From positions 19,665,869-19,729,868 of the forward strand of contig OZ316892.1 of assembly GCA_973895155.1 (NCBI GenBank): 64,000 bases of DNA, read 5' to 3'. The position numbers and the translations under genes are program-made. Source of the stretch: Marsupella aquatica (lineage: Eukaryota; Plantae; Marchantiophyta). The notes beneath the pieces are model-generated. The model made no database searches. It was not told the origin of the DNA and was given only the letters and a program-made list of their open reading frames with translations. Positions 14,684 through 26,815 of the stretch are shown here, in pieces; within the stretch, counting starts at the first letter, position 1; each line of letters starts with the position of its first letter.

Positions 14684-15032
14684 TCTTACTTAAAACTCTA
14701 TGGCTATCATGTGCATGGGAAAAACTGGTGAGATGACTATAATGTATGTCGACTGTCCATGCAAGTTTTTGGTGATAATTTTTAAATATTTATGTTCAAA
14801 AAATATGGGCACCATGGCCCCACCACAACATATGTGCATAGAAGATGGATGTGCATACAAAAAGACTGATGTGCACATAAAAGAGAATGATATATTATAT
14901 ATGATTATTAAAATGATAAGTTTTTTTTATCATTTCATTAACCTTCAAAGAATATGAATAGAGAATATTCTTTGATAATATTTTTATTGTCCTCTTCCTA
15001 TTCACGTTCAAAGAACGAGTAGTCGGGCCTAG
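14684..15032 (+). mobile_element. Non-autonomous Helitron-like element, copy 2
   Basis: A|TCTTACTTA start and ...TATTCACGTTCAAAGAACGAGTAGTCGGGCCTAG|T end. Shares internal blocks with 4274-4736. Confidence 0.6.
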
Positions 15033-17549
15033 TCATTAAATAATTTCAACAATAACCTTAAAGCAACCACTCTGTAATCAATTGAGTGGGGTTGGGTGGT
15101 CAGCTCAAGTGGCAAGTAGGTAAGGTCTCAAGTCCAATCCCTGTCCTGATTGTTCTGTTTTGGTATCAATTTTGCTGTAACCATATTATGTGCGTGGAAC
15201 ATAGATTTGCTCCATCGATTGCAAGCATGTTTAATGGGGTTTTTCTCTGCCTATAGGTAGCAATTTTTATTTTTATTTTGGGGGGTGAGGAAGGGGAAGG
15301 AAACTCTGCCCCAGACAACAAGTTGTGTGGCTTGTTCAGGGGCTGTTACTCTTCAATAAAACCCAAGTCACCTAACCAAAAAAGTGATTCATGGAATCTA
15401 TGAACATCACTTAATGATCCGTATGGTGAGTTATTTTGAACCAAGAAATTTGACAGTTTCCCATCCTTGACTTTAGTACTAGGATGTTGCACACTTTCAT
15501 GCTATGGTTTCCCATGTCGCATACTCAGCAAGGAGTGCATGTATGCTGTTCCAGGCTGTTGCACTACTGGGTTTGGAAGACAATAATCATGGAGATTGTC
15601 TTCAATCACACTTGCATGTTCCTTCATTGAGAGTAGTTCCTGCTCACCCATGTCATTTAAACATGGGTGAAATGGCTTATATTGGTGTTTTTGGAAAACA
15701 ATATAGAGATTGTCTCCAGGTCACACAGTTTGGGGTAGAAAATCCTATAGTAAAAATTCTGCTGAGCAGACTTTGGTTAAAATGCCTTACTGTAGTCACG
15801 GTTCACCGAGTTTGGTCTAGTATCCAAAATCTCACTTTAAAGGAACCTCTGCAAGAACATCTTGTACTCAAGAAGAGGGGGTGTGTAAAGCATATCCCTC
15901 TGTTTGTGAAACTTAGAAAACAAACTTACAATACAAGTTTATGGAATATGCTAAGTATTTTTATATGCGTTCCTACATAATTGAAAGTCAAGTTTTTGCG
16001 CAGGGCATACTGATGCCCCTACCTTTTGAAAAACAGTCAATGTAAGTAACCATACGATAGTCTTGCCGTTGAAAAGGCTATTCTAGTCCTCACAAACAAG
16101 AGGAAGTGAATTGACTAGCGAATAATATTAAATAATGCGAAGTCTCCTTTTCAAACAGAGGCGTAGAAACGCCGCCAAAAAGCTCCAAAGGAGGAGTTGT
16201 GATGGGGGTCCCATGGAAGAGGATGGCAAAGTTCGCTCGAAATGCCCGATAAAAAGCATTGTAAGGGTCTTCTGGCAAAACTAACTGATGACAAACGTCG
16301 GCGACGACGACAAACGAAAACGACAGACAGGAAAATCACGAGAGCGGAGACCCGTCTCTTTTGTCTCGATGCCCACTACTCTCCCACGTGACTACGGCAT
16401 ATACCCGTCGCGAATGAAAACCACGGACGCCTACACAGCAAAGCCATCCCGTCAGGTGAGGCCTCCGTAAAATTTCTTTCTCCTGTTCTCCAAGTGAAAT
16501 ACGCCTCGTTAATAATCAGTTACCCCGGTCCCAGAGCCGACCCGGGTAAAAGGTCGCTGTGCAGATCCAGAGGGCCCCATCCTCGCTTGCCAAGTGTCTT
16601 GGCGAGTTCTCGAGCAGTCCTCAACCTTATTGCATGCGTTTGCAGAGCATGACAAGTGGAATTCGCCGAAAAGGCCGCATGGTATGTCGCAAGGCTCCCT
16701 CCTTCTCTGGATCTCTCCCGACCCCAACTCCCAAAGTCACAGACTAGTCAGCATGCATGGTTGATGGATGTCATCCATGCTCCCCAGTGAAATGATGGGT
16801 ACGGATACGCACGGTCCCCTCCAATTGCGGCGAGGTTGCAGGACTGTTACATTCGTACTCATGTCAGGCACTACTGTCAGGCTGATGGTCGCTAGACGTA
16901 CGATGCTGTTCTTTTACAGCACCGGTACGGAAGGTTACAATGACCCAGACCCTTGTGCTTTGGCCCATGGTCAGGAGGAAAAGGAAAACAACGAACCTCC
17001 AGTAATCGCACCGGGAGATTGTGCTGAATTACACCGGGCTAGTGTGTGACGCTACGGTGCATGAAACACCAGACCCGATGTGTAAATAATAACATTGCGC
17101 AACGATGCGACATGGCGAGTGATGGACGAATCCTGGAGAGGGATGGCAAATTACAAGATGCAGAATTATTGTTTATTTTTATTTTTATGGCGTTTTGAGG
17201 CGTCGCTGGAATCGTCGTTTGCGTGCCCGCGTATAGGGATTACCGGGCCACCGGGGTGCTGCGGTCCGAACGAGGGGTCAACGAACCCCGAGAGGGTGAG
17301 GTGTCAAGGCCTTACTTGCGAACGAAGCAGAAAAGGAGTAGCTGAGTTAAAGTAAGGTCAAAGGTCGGTTACTTTTGTTTGGGAGTGATTTCATGAGAAG
17401 AATCTTTGTGAACGTTGTACTGTCGTCCAGTCGACTGTGAAGTTTACTTGACGATTGAGTAAACTTAGTTGCCAGCAGGAAGATGGAAGTCCCGATATTA
17501 ATATTGTCCTGTATTTCTGTCGTTCTGGAAAGACAAGGCGACCTGAGGC

Positions 17550-17575
17550 TACGGTGTTCGAAATGTTGTGGGGAG
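17550..17575 (+). repeat. Left TIR of the giant transposon
   Basis: TACGGTGTTCGAAATGTTGTGGGGAG, preceded by GAGGC. Confidence 0.92.
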
Positions 17576-19503
17576 TTTTTTCCAGAAAAAGAGTCTAAAG
17601 AGAGAAAATATTCAATATTTCACAAGAAAAATACAAATACCCCAACTTATTTTGTAGGATACCCTAAAGTGTAATTTTCACGCATTTGAAGTAATTTGAA
17701 ATAATTTCTCACTCACTTCAGTAATTCAACAAAAACATTTTGAACATTATCATGTGATACATAATATCATTCACACATGAATTATGTTTTTAAAATATTC
17801 TAACAAAATTGATATTTTTTCTCCACTTTTTGAAATTCAAAAACTATTTCATCCTTCATTTTTGTATACAATATTTTGAAACTTTTCAATCCTTGAAATC
17901 ACAAGAATTCTACTCATGAGTGAAAACTCACAAAATATTTCCTACACCGAACAAAAAAAATTCAAAGAGCAAAACATAACATTCAATCAGAGAGTTGGAG
18001 AGTAAAACACATTTATATACCAAATCAATGAAGAAGCAAAAAAAGTTGACCAAAATAAATCATCTTGAAAAGTGTGAATGTTTTTTTTCTCTCCTTACAT
18101 AGTTGTTTTTTCTCTGTAAGGTTCCGTAAAGTGAAAATTTCTCCCCTTATCTACAAGCCAACCAGAAATGTCCAACTGTCCAACTGTACTTTTTGTTGGC
18201 TCGAAGACATGGGGAGAAAATTTGTACTTTACTCAGCCAATACTTTTAAGTTTCAAGGAAAGAAGAGGCCAACCTGAAGGATTAGGTTAGTCATCTGGGA
18301 AGAATGTTGTTACTCCATATCTACAAGTTCCAACCATGGCCAAGTAAGTCTGCATGTTGGTTCAACTCCTCCATTGATAGATTTACTCTTCCCAATGGAT
18401 TTGACTGGTCTATCATTGGGACATGGGCCTTGATCACAACAGACAAGCACCTCCTTCTTGCCTTCTATTTTTATGAAATTTATTAGTCCACTCTAATTGA
18501 GATAGGGAGTATATCATTCTGAGGTGGGTGGGATCCTCAAAGGACAAATCGTGCATCCCTCAATGGCAAAATTAGAGATGTTATGGAGCAACTAGAGGCC
18601 TGGTGTTGAATGCTGAACAAACAATTACCCCCAAATGTTGACATGCTTAAAGTTACTAATTATATAGGTCTACAAGTCCTTTATACCTCTGCATCCTTCA
18701 ATGCTTGTCTTTTGGATTGGAAAATATTGGGCATCCAAGCACAGGATAGTATTGGGCTTAAAAGTGTCTTTCTTGTTGAATCATGATGAAAATGTTTATG
18801 TCTGTGCATCCTGCAATGCTTGTCTTTTGGACAATATTGGCCTTAGAAGTGCCTTTCTTGTTGAATCATGATGAAACTGCAAGTACTCCTCAAGGTTTAA
18901 GAGCTGACAGTTTATTTCTTTGCAAGTTCTACAAAAACACTCTTGTGCCACTACTTTCAATGGAACGTTAATATATTTACTAATGTGTCAAAAGTATTTT
19001 GAACTGCCTCTTTGATAGAAGTTTTGGGATTCAAAATGATCAATTCCATCCAGGCTATGATAGAGACATTATTGTGAAGTTTGAACAGTCCAAAGTCTTT
19101 ACCAACCATTACACAAGATAGATTAATAAATAGCAATTTCTGTCAACTTTGAAATGAACTCTCAATCACATTACTTAAAATCAAAGTACATTGTGTTGCC
19201 TCCAAACTCAAAGATAAGTAATTTTTGCCTTAAATACTAATTCTTGATGATTAGCAAGCTAGATAAAAAATAACTATTGGAGGCTGTCTGGTATCCAACA
19301 ATGTTTTCTTTTGTGATCCTTCCAAGCCATTGCATTTCTATCGTCTCTTGTAGAGTGTATAACCTGAAAATCCTGAAAAAACAACATGAAATATATTCAC
19401 ATTAATGATACTGAGAAAAAACAATACGAGTTTCCACAATACAATAACACATGCAACGGTTGAAAAATTACCTTTGTTGAATCTTATCAGAAGATAATAA
19501 TCC

Positions 19504-22500
19504 TTATAACTTGCCGTAGGCGGTGTTGAAACTAGCCATGACCAACTTGGAGTGCATCACTTCCACATTTGGATATGCAGGAATATCAATTTGTTTAGAA
19601 CAGGTGGATGCAATAGGCAAAGAGCTCGAAGGTCGACTAGGGCTAAAATTCACATGACATATTGTACCTGCATTGTATTTCTCATCTGTAATAAAGAAAA
19701 TTGACCAATTGCTTCTTGAAATAAGTCTTTCAATGCTGGTGGAAAATCTATTGAATATCTGACCCTTGACAAAAACTCTCTATTTGTGATTCCTTGTTGC
19801 GCACTGAAAAATGCTTGCATGGCTTTCACAGAGACGTCTTTAAATGTACTTGTCAACACAAGCTTCTTTTCAGCCTCGTTAATGAAGGGAGATGCCATCA
19901 CAGTCTTCGCCAATGAGAAGAATCCGTCATGAAGTAGTGCACCAACCATGCTGCAAGCTCCAAATAGAGTCTCATATATGATATCTGCATACAATTTTGT
20001 AGTTGCTTTCTGAAATGCTTCAGTTGACCAGTTTGGGTCAAGTGTTACAACCCTGCAATAATATTCAGGCATTATATCCTCCATGCTGTCAATGAGACCC
20101 TCTCTTGATTCTTCTGGAACATTAATCAAAGACTGCATGAAACCATACCTGCAATAAAAAGTCTGATCATTACCTATAAAATTTCTTCTGGAGCATTAAT
20201 CAAAGACTGCATGAAACCATACCTGCAATAAAAAGTCTGATCATTACCTATAAAATTAAGATCACAGTATAAAATGAGAAGACAATAATATCATAGAAAT
20301 AATGTATAACAAAAAAGTGCACGGTTCCCACTAGGTACATTTACATACCATGTTGGTCGAACAGCTCGAAAATCTTCTATATAAATTGATCGTTTTGTTT
20401 TTTCTTATTGCACTTGCATGTAAATATCTTCACGGGAGGGACATTTACCCATGGCATGAGCAATTGTGGCCATTGTGATTGGACGATGAACTTGTTTCTT
20501 TTTCAATATGAGAAGAAACATGAGTTGACCAACAAGTTGAACCTGATGGAATATGACAAGTAAAAACCTAGTTAAAATCAATAACATTAAAAAAATTGAA
20601 GCAATGATATAAACCACTGAAACAGTTTGGAACACTACAATTGAATAATATTTTAAAAACTTTACATTGTTATTTATGACTTACATCTTTCTTGGAGATT
20701 TCTGTAAACTGTTTTTTGGAATTAAGATGATGAAGTCCGCCACATCCCTCTGTGAAAACTGCATGGAATTCCTGCATTGCATAAATATGTTAATTATGAT
20801 TCAAGGTTGAATTGCATGACTAGTCCCCAGACTAGTCTTGAACAAAATTATTGATTCATGATCAAGAAAACTTACTGCACTTCCACTAAATAGAGTCTTC
20901 CAAGCCCCTGTCAACAATCTACTTGTGACACCCCCTGCATCTACAGTTTCAGATTCCTCCAGTGTTACTTCTCCACTATGTGTTGTGTAGATTAACTTTG
21001 CTGCAAAATCTCCAAATATCTCTTGTCTTCTCAAGGCTTCTTGGCACATCTTTCGAATAGCAGTTAACTCATCACCGTCATAAAATTGCACAAACAAAAT
21101 AAAGTTATTTAGATGTATAAACTTAAATGCAAAATGACATTAAATACAACAAGGCTATAGATAAGTATGAACATTTTCAAGACCGGGTTTCTTTTGTTTC
21201 TACATTACCCTGAATTCGAATTTGGGGAACCTGCCTATAGAGTTTCCGAAAGTGAGAAAGTCCAATGTCAGAAATCTGATGGACCCTTAACAAGTATTTT
21301 GTCCTTTCAGTTTCTTTTTTGGCTTCAATGTACATATTTTCACAACTTGTAAGCGTCGGTTCTTCAAGCTGACATTTTCCAATCCATTCAATGTATTCGT
21401 CGCGCAGAGAGATAATGCGGGCTTCTGAAAATTTCCCTTTCCCGTATGATGGAGTAAGCAAATAATCTCTGAAATAATGCTCAACAATCCACAGCATGTT
21501 GTTAAATTCAACAATGAAAACTATTCACTTTAAATTTACAAAATCATAATTTTAATGGAATGCATTCAGCTCACTGCATCTGATGAAAATGAACACTGAA
21601 ATAAACATGTCAACCATTAATTACCTGAAGATTTGTAATGATCTGTCCAAATCTTTTTGAACAAACTCAGGAACAAGATTGGGTATGAGTTTTTGCAATT
21701 GTTCCCACATGTGCCACCTTGGAATGGCTGCTGCCTCAAAATAGTATCCAAAGTCATACTTGGTATACGAACTTAGGCCTTCTAAACCATTTGACACTGG
21801 TGTAACAAAATCTTCCAGCATTGCATCTGATAATCCCAATTTTGCTTCTCTTCGATGTTGAAGGAATTCCAGATCTGCACAAGCAACTGTAGCATCCATT
21901 TTATTGCGTTCCTCTACTAAAACGGCATCAAAATTTTCCCAAAAGATTGCCATGGCTTGATTTGGTGCTTGATCCACAGGCAACTTTATGCCTTTATCCA
22001 ATTTTTGAAGCCGCTCTTGTGCTGCACAATACGCATCTAGCAGGGCTGATGTCTCTGTCTCACTTGTTATAAGATCGTCCTCAAATCGGTCATTCTCGGG
22101 TGTGCCTGTACAATCACAAAATAGTTCTAAAAATATTCAACCATCCACTCAAGCCTACATATTATAAGAATCAATCCAAACCCGAATCAAAATCCTTAAC
22201 TCTAAATCCTGAACCCTAATCAACACACAATTCTGACATTTTCACTTACCTCTTTGTAGTAATCTTGATTGTCTTTCAATAACCTCTTCATTTTCCAATA
22301 TAATGGGACTATGAACAGTCCCTACAAGGCTTACTTCATTCTCATGTCTTGAAGATCCAAAGACTAGGGCTCCTTGTGCAGGTATAGCTTCGTTCAAAAC
22401 ACCTCTGGTTCTTGAAGTTTGAAATGAATGAGCTCGTAAAGGTAAAGTTGGCAGTAATAATGCACCTGTATCATGTTTCACAATTACCCAACACATTAGG

Positions 22501-25118
22501 GTTGGATTGTCAGATTGCTGTCACTCACATAGCCACTCTGTACCCTTTTTAATATATATTATGATTTCATGGCAGCACTGTTAACCTAATAACGCCTTAC
22601 TGTAGACATCTTGAAAAGCCTTACATACTACAGTAAAGCATCTCAAAGCTTGGTATCCAGATTGAGCTTCGGCCATAACTATAACTCAAGACTTAGATAT
22701 ATAGAAACTTTACAAAAGTTGTATGAGGTCAGGCAAGGGAATCCACATGAAGAGACCAGAGCATCTAATGGAGAGCAATAGAGCAATAATTAGCACGCTG
22801 AGAAAAGCAAAATAATGTCTTGACAATTCCTTATACAAAAGTTGACCAAAAGACCGATGACTTAGTATGCCAATGATTTACCATTTAATTACTCTACTCT
22901 CCTAAATGCAGGTGTACATTATGATCAGAACTGTGATGAGTGCGATATGATTTCATTTTACTCAGCAGAACTAAAGAATGTTTTTTGCTTCAAAGCTTTG
23001 GCTGGCTGCACACAAGCCTATGATGCTAGACACTCCATTTGTTCCTCATACTAATCAGCATTGATGGAAAATACCATGGCTGCTATGGCTTGAAGTGTGT
23101 ACTAAGGGTCTTCCTCTTGAGCTAAGAAAACATGTACAAACTTGCTTCAACACGCTTGCAATAAAAAACTCATTGGTCGGTAGTCGATCTTGAAGTGGCC
23201 AAACTTTCAAGATTCCCCAATGCTTTCATCAGTTAATTGTTTTGTTGCACTAAAATGCAAAAGAAGGAAACACCTGAAGCGGGATTGGGACCACAAGTAA
23301 GCTTTGGAGCATCAATCACCCCACAACAAGGCAGACAAACAGAACACCACCAGAAGCGCACAACAAAAACCATGTTGGTCAAAAATTGAGGGGATGCGGT
23401 ACAAAATGCACAACCAAGAAGAGCAATCATTTGCAGCCCATAGCCTCATTCAGAACATGCTTTCATAGATCTTACATATGCATGCTGTGCAATACTAGTT
23501 TCATAGGTACACCTACAAACTAACCCCCACCCATGCTAACATGTAAGAAATTGAATAATTATTAAACTAAAGTGATCTATGGCCAAGGAAACTCAAAGGA
23601 TGCACGTACTTGAGTCACCATGGGGTGAAGACGAGCTGTCATTGGGCTGGGTTTGAAACTCAGAAGTCGAAGGGTTTCCCAATTGAGGTGACGAGCTCGT
23701 TAATGGAGATGACAAATTAGAGGATCTTCTTGACAGATTTTGCGGGGCTTCAAACCAGAACAATGCAATAAGCAATTAGATACCTAATTTGATCAATTAC
23801 ATAGAAGCTACACTGTATAATCCATAAAGCTTCATGGTGTATTTTTCACATCAATGGAGCTAGAAATGATTTACCTGTTACTCAATATTACTTGTGCATC
23901 GATCAAGACAAATGAAGTTGATATCCTTACCTGTCAAAGTTATTGTGGGGTCGTGCAAGTTTTCTGTCTCCTCAATCCCTTCAGACTCAGAAGCTGCAAA
24001 GCTCGAGTTTGAGCTCTCTCTTTGAGTGTTAGAATTCCATGACTGTGAAGGACTTTGCACATGTTCTGTTTCATTTTCAAATGCCCGACGATGCTCTGTC
24101 GTTGGAGAATCTTCTGAATAGACAAAAGTTTCAATTAATATGCAAATCATATCCAAAGACTTGCTGGGAAAGAGCAGAAAAATGTCATAATCTAAGAATC
24201 TAGTAACAATGATGACAAAAATGTTTGCTTGCTTTACCTGAACGTGCAGTCGAGTGACCATGGATATTTCGTCTGGTATCTCGTTTACGTCGACGTGTTC
24301 CTTGTGAAGGCACAATAATTGTTGCACCTGAACAACCAGCCGCCTCAACATGGTAATGTCTTATTTGTTGTGGCGTCATTTGACAAGAGGGGTCTGGAAT
24401 GTATACTACTTTATCAAACCGAGACACGTTTCTCCATTCGGTGTCCCCCGATAGAAAATATGAATCTAGTGTTGCACCACCTAGTTTGTCCAGGTCGTCT
24501 TTGTGTTGCCCAACATTTGTCATTCTCAAAAAGCATCCTGATATGTCAGCGTAACCAGTATTTTGGGCCCATTCTTGAGATGCCACAATTTCCCGAATAT
24601 GCCACTGAGCAGTATTTTCCCGGAATTGACCTCCATCATAGACACCACCCCAAGGCGTTGACCCAGGTAGACTAACATATATTGGAGGCCTGAATTTTTT
24701 CACTCTTCGCATGTAGCAACTCTGATTGCCTGTGTCCACTTGTTGTGCCTCCCAAATTTGTTGAGGACAATATATAGCACGACTCACTGGTTTATCATAA
24801 TTCCTTCGATTGCAAATTATTGGAGGAGGTCTCGCAATCATCTGTCTCCTTCCTCTGTTTGCCCCACCTCCACCTCTGTTCCCTCCACCTCCACGTCTAT
24901 TTGATCCACGTCCAGATTCTCCTTCAGGTTGATAATTGTATTGGTGATACGAGGTTGGGAATGTTGGAAATTCATATAGTGGAAGTGTCACTGGCTCAGT
25001 AGTTTCTCGAGGACCCGATTGTGTACTAGGTTCCTAGTGGGATCATCCTTGAATTTCTGTTGTATCCTTGGACAGGGTTTCTCTGACGAGGATCTCGACT
25101 ATCAGTAGGTTCATCCAT
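19504..25118 (-). pseudogene. Multi-exon HECT-domain E3 ubiquitin ligase (transposon-borne), disrupted
   Basis: The HECT N-lobe motif ETVDAGGVTSRLL lies at ~20910-20950. The C-lobe reads LPIASTCSKQIDIPAY...KLVMASFNTAYGKL* with the catalytic Cys at 19600-19602 and the stop at 19504. Clear GT-AG exon boundaries include a donor after 24238, exon 24113-23931, exon 22106-21624 and an acceptor before 20148. Lesions are an in-frame TAA at 20405-20407, a frameshift at ~19668 and a disrupted 5' end. The start position is approximate. Confidence 0.85.
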
Positions 25119-26066
25119 ATTGCAATTCTGAATGCAACGCAAGATTGAAACCCAAGATCCAAATGGCCAAGAACCTGAGGCTCTGCTCTAGTTCATTACT
25201 ACTTTTGCGAACAGAGTGCAAAGTGTCGAGCTCAAAGGTAGATATCACCGAGTAGTACAAATTATCTTATATTATGAGCAGAAAGTAATAGATGTTGTTA
25301 GAGTACAGCCGCCATTTCAAGAATTTGGTGAACATTAGTATCACATTAACTTCCAGTACATATCATATTTGTTAACAATCATCTCATCATAATGAAGACT
25401 AGCTACCGCAGCTCTTTTTAGTAGCTCTTTTTAGCCCTCGGATACATAATTGCCAAAAGCGGGTTACCGTATTTCTTATTTTCTTTAGAAGACACTGCTA
25501 CGCATGTAAGATGATTGAACTATTGTAAACTATAGTATTGTAGCTAGTAGTACACTCCAAACTATTCAAAGTTAGAGACATGCATGAAAGAAATAAGTAT
25601 TTTAAAATTGTGTCGATTATTAAGGTCCAATTAGAGACATGCAAAATTTATAATTAACAGGAACTTTACATGTCACCAAACAATTATGTTTGTTGGATTT
25701 GACTTGTCAATGGTGAAGAGTGGGCATCGTGACTTATTCCCCAAGTGAAGGTTGGAAAAACTAGTGTGAAGAATATGATTGGTTCATGTGCACGAATGAT
25801 ACATATTTTTTGGTGCCAAATTCCAATAGAAAGTTTGATAGTAAACGTGGCAATAACTATTACAAAAAAATCCCTACCATTGATATCTATTGATGAATGG
25901 TCAGTAATTTGTAACATTGGTTAGTATGCATGAATTTAATTGTAAAAAACAAACATGATGTGGTAGCTTGTGTGAGAGTTATAACGCATGTGGGATTCAT
26001 GCCATTTGCCACTTGCAAAATGACAATTAATGCTTGTGACAAATTGGGTTGAGCCTCTTATGGGAT

Positions 26067-26815
26067 TCAGGGAGACGCTTCAATGATTTGTCATTCAATG
26101 CACCTCGATTCTCCCCCACATCGGGAAATACCTAATGCTCTCTCCCCATTTTTGTGGCCCCGTTCAGTCTTGTGAAGGGCACAGATTCTGGAGGAGAATC
26201 TAATGCTCGATTGTTTTAACTAGGCTATTATAACTGAATGTAGTCGGGTGGCCGAGGGATGGAGGCGCAGGGCTGGCCGTGGCAGGGTCCGTGGCAAGTG
26301 GTGAGTCAGGCAAGGGTGTTGGGGCTCGCCATGGCAGAAAGGAAGGAGGGCGGCGTGTGGGCTGGCCGGGGCCGTCGTGAGTGGTGAGGCAGGCGAGGGC
26401 GATGGGGCTCGCCATGGCAGAAAGGAAGGAGGGCGGCGTGCGGGCTGGCCGTGGCAGGAAGGAGGGAGGTAGCCGGGTGGCCGAGGGAGGGAGGGACTCA
26501 GGCGGCCAAGGGAGAGGGGCAGTTGTGCGGCCAAGGAGGAAGGGCGCAGGGCTGGCCGTGGCAGCAAGGAGGGAGGAAGGTAGTCGCGGCCGAGGGAGGG
26601 AGAGACTCAATCGGGAGTCGGTAGTCCCGTGCATTCAGGGAGACGAGTCCCTGCATTGTCATTCAATGCACCTCGATTCTCCCCCATAGCCCACCTGAAT
26701 ACTCTCTCCATTTTTGTGTCTCACTTTCAAGCCAGCCCCATTTTTGGGTCCCAGTTCAGTTTTGAGGAGGGCACAGATTTTTGATTGAGGAGTTCTAATG
26801 TTTGATGGTTTTAAG
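26067..26815. repeat. GC/CpG-rich island bracketed by ~150-180-bp direct repeats
   Basis: TTCAGGGAGACG...TTGTCATTCAATGCACCTCGATTCTCCCC occurs at 26067 and 26634. The core is built from GGGCTGGCCGTGGCA and GGGGCTCGCCATGGCAGAAAGGAAGGAGGGCGGCGTG repeats. Confidence 0.85.

Noticed and set aside
15504-15980. 158-aa plus-strand ORF
   Set aside because: No domain features; splice-like signals in this region point to the minus strand.
17544-17549. 6-bp TSD, as I recall being reported for IS3EU
   Set aside because: Only 5 bp (GAGGC) match on both sides: left TGAGGC versus right GAGGCG.
26200-26689. Pro/Ala-rich and Gly/Arg-rich ORFs on both strands
   Set aside because: They are low-complexity translations of the GC-rich repeat core with no domain motifs.
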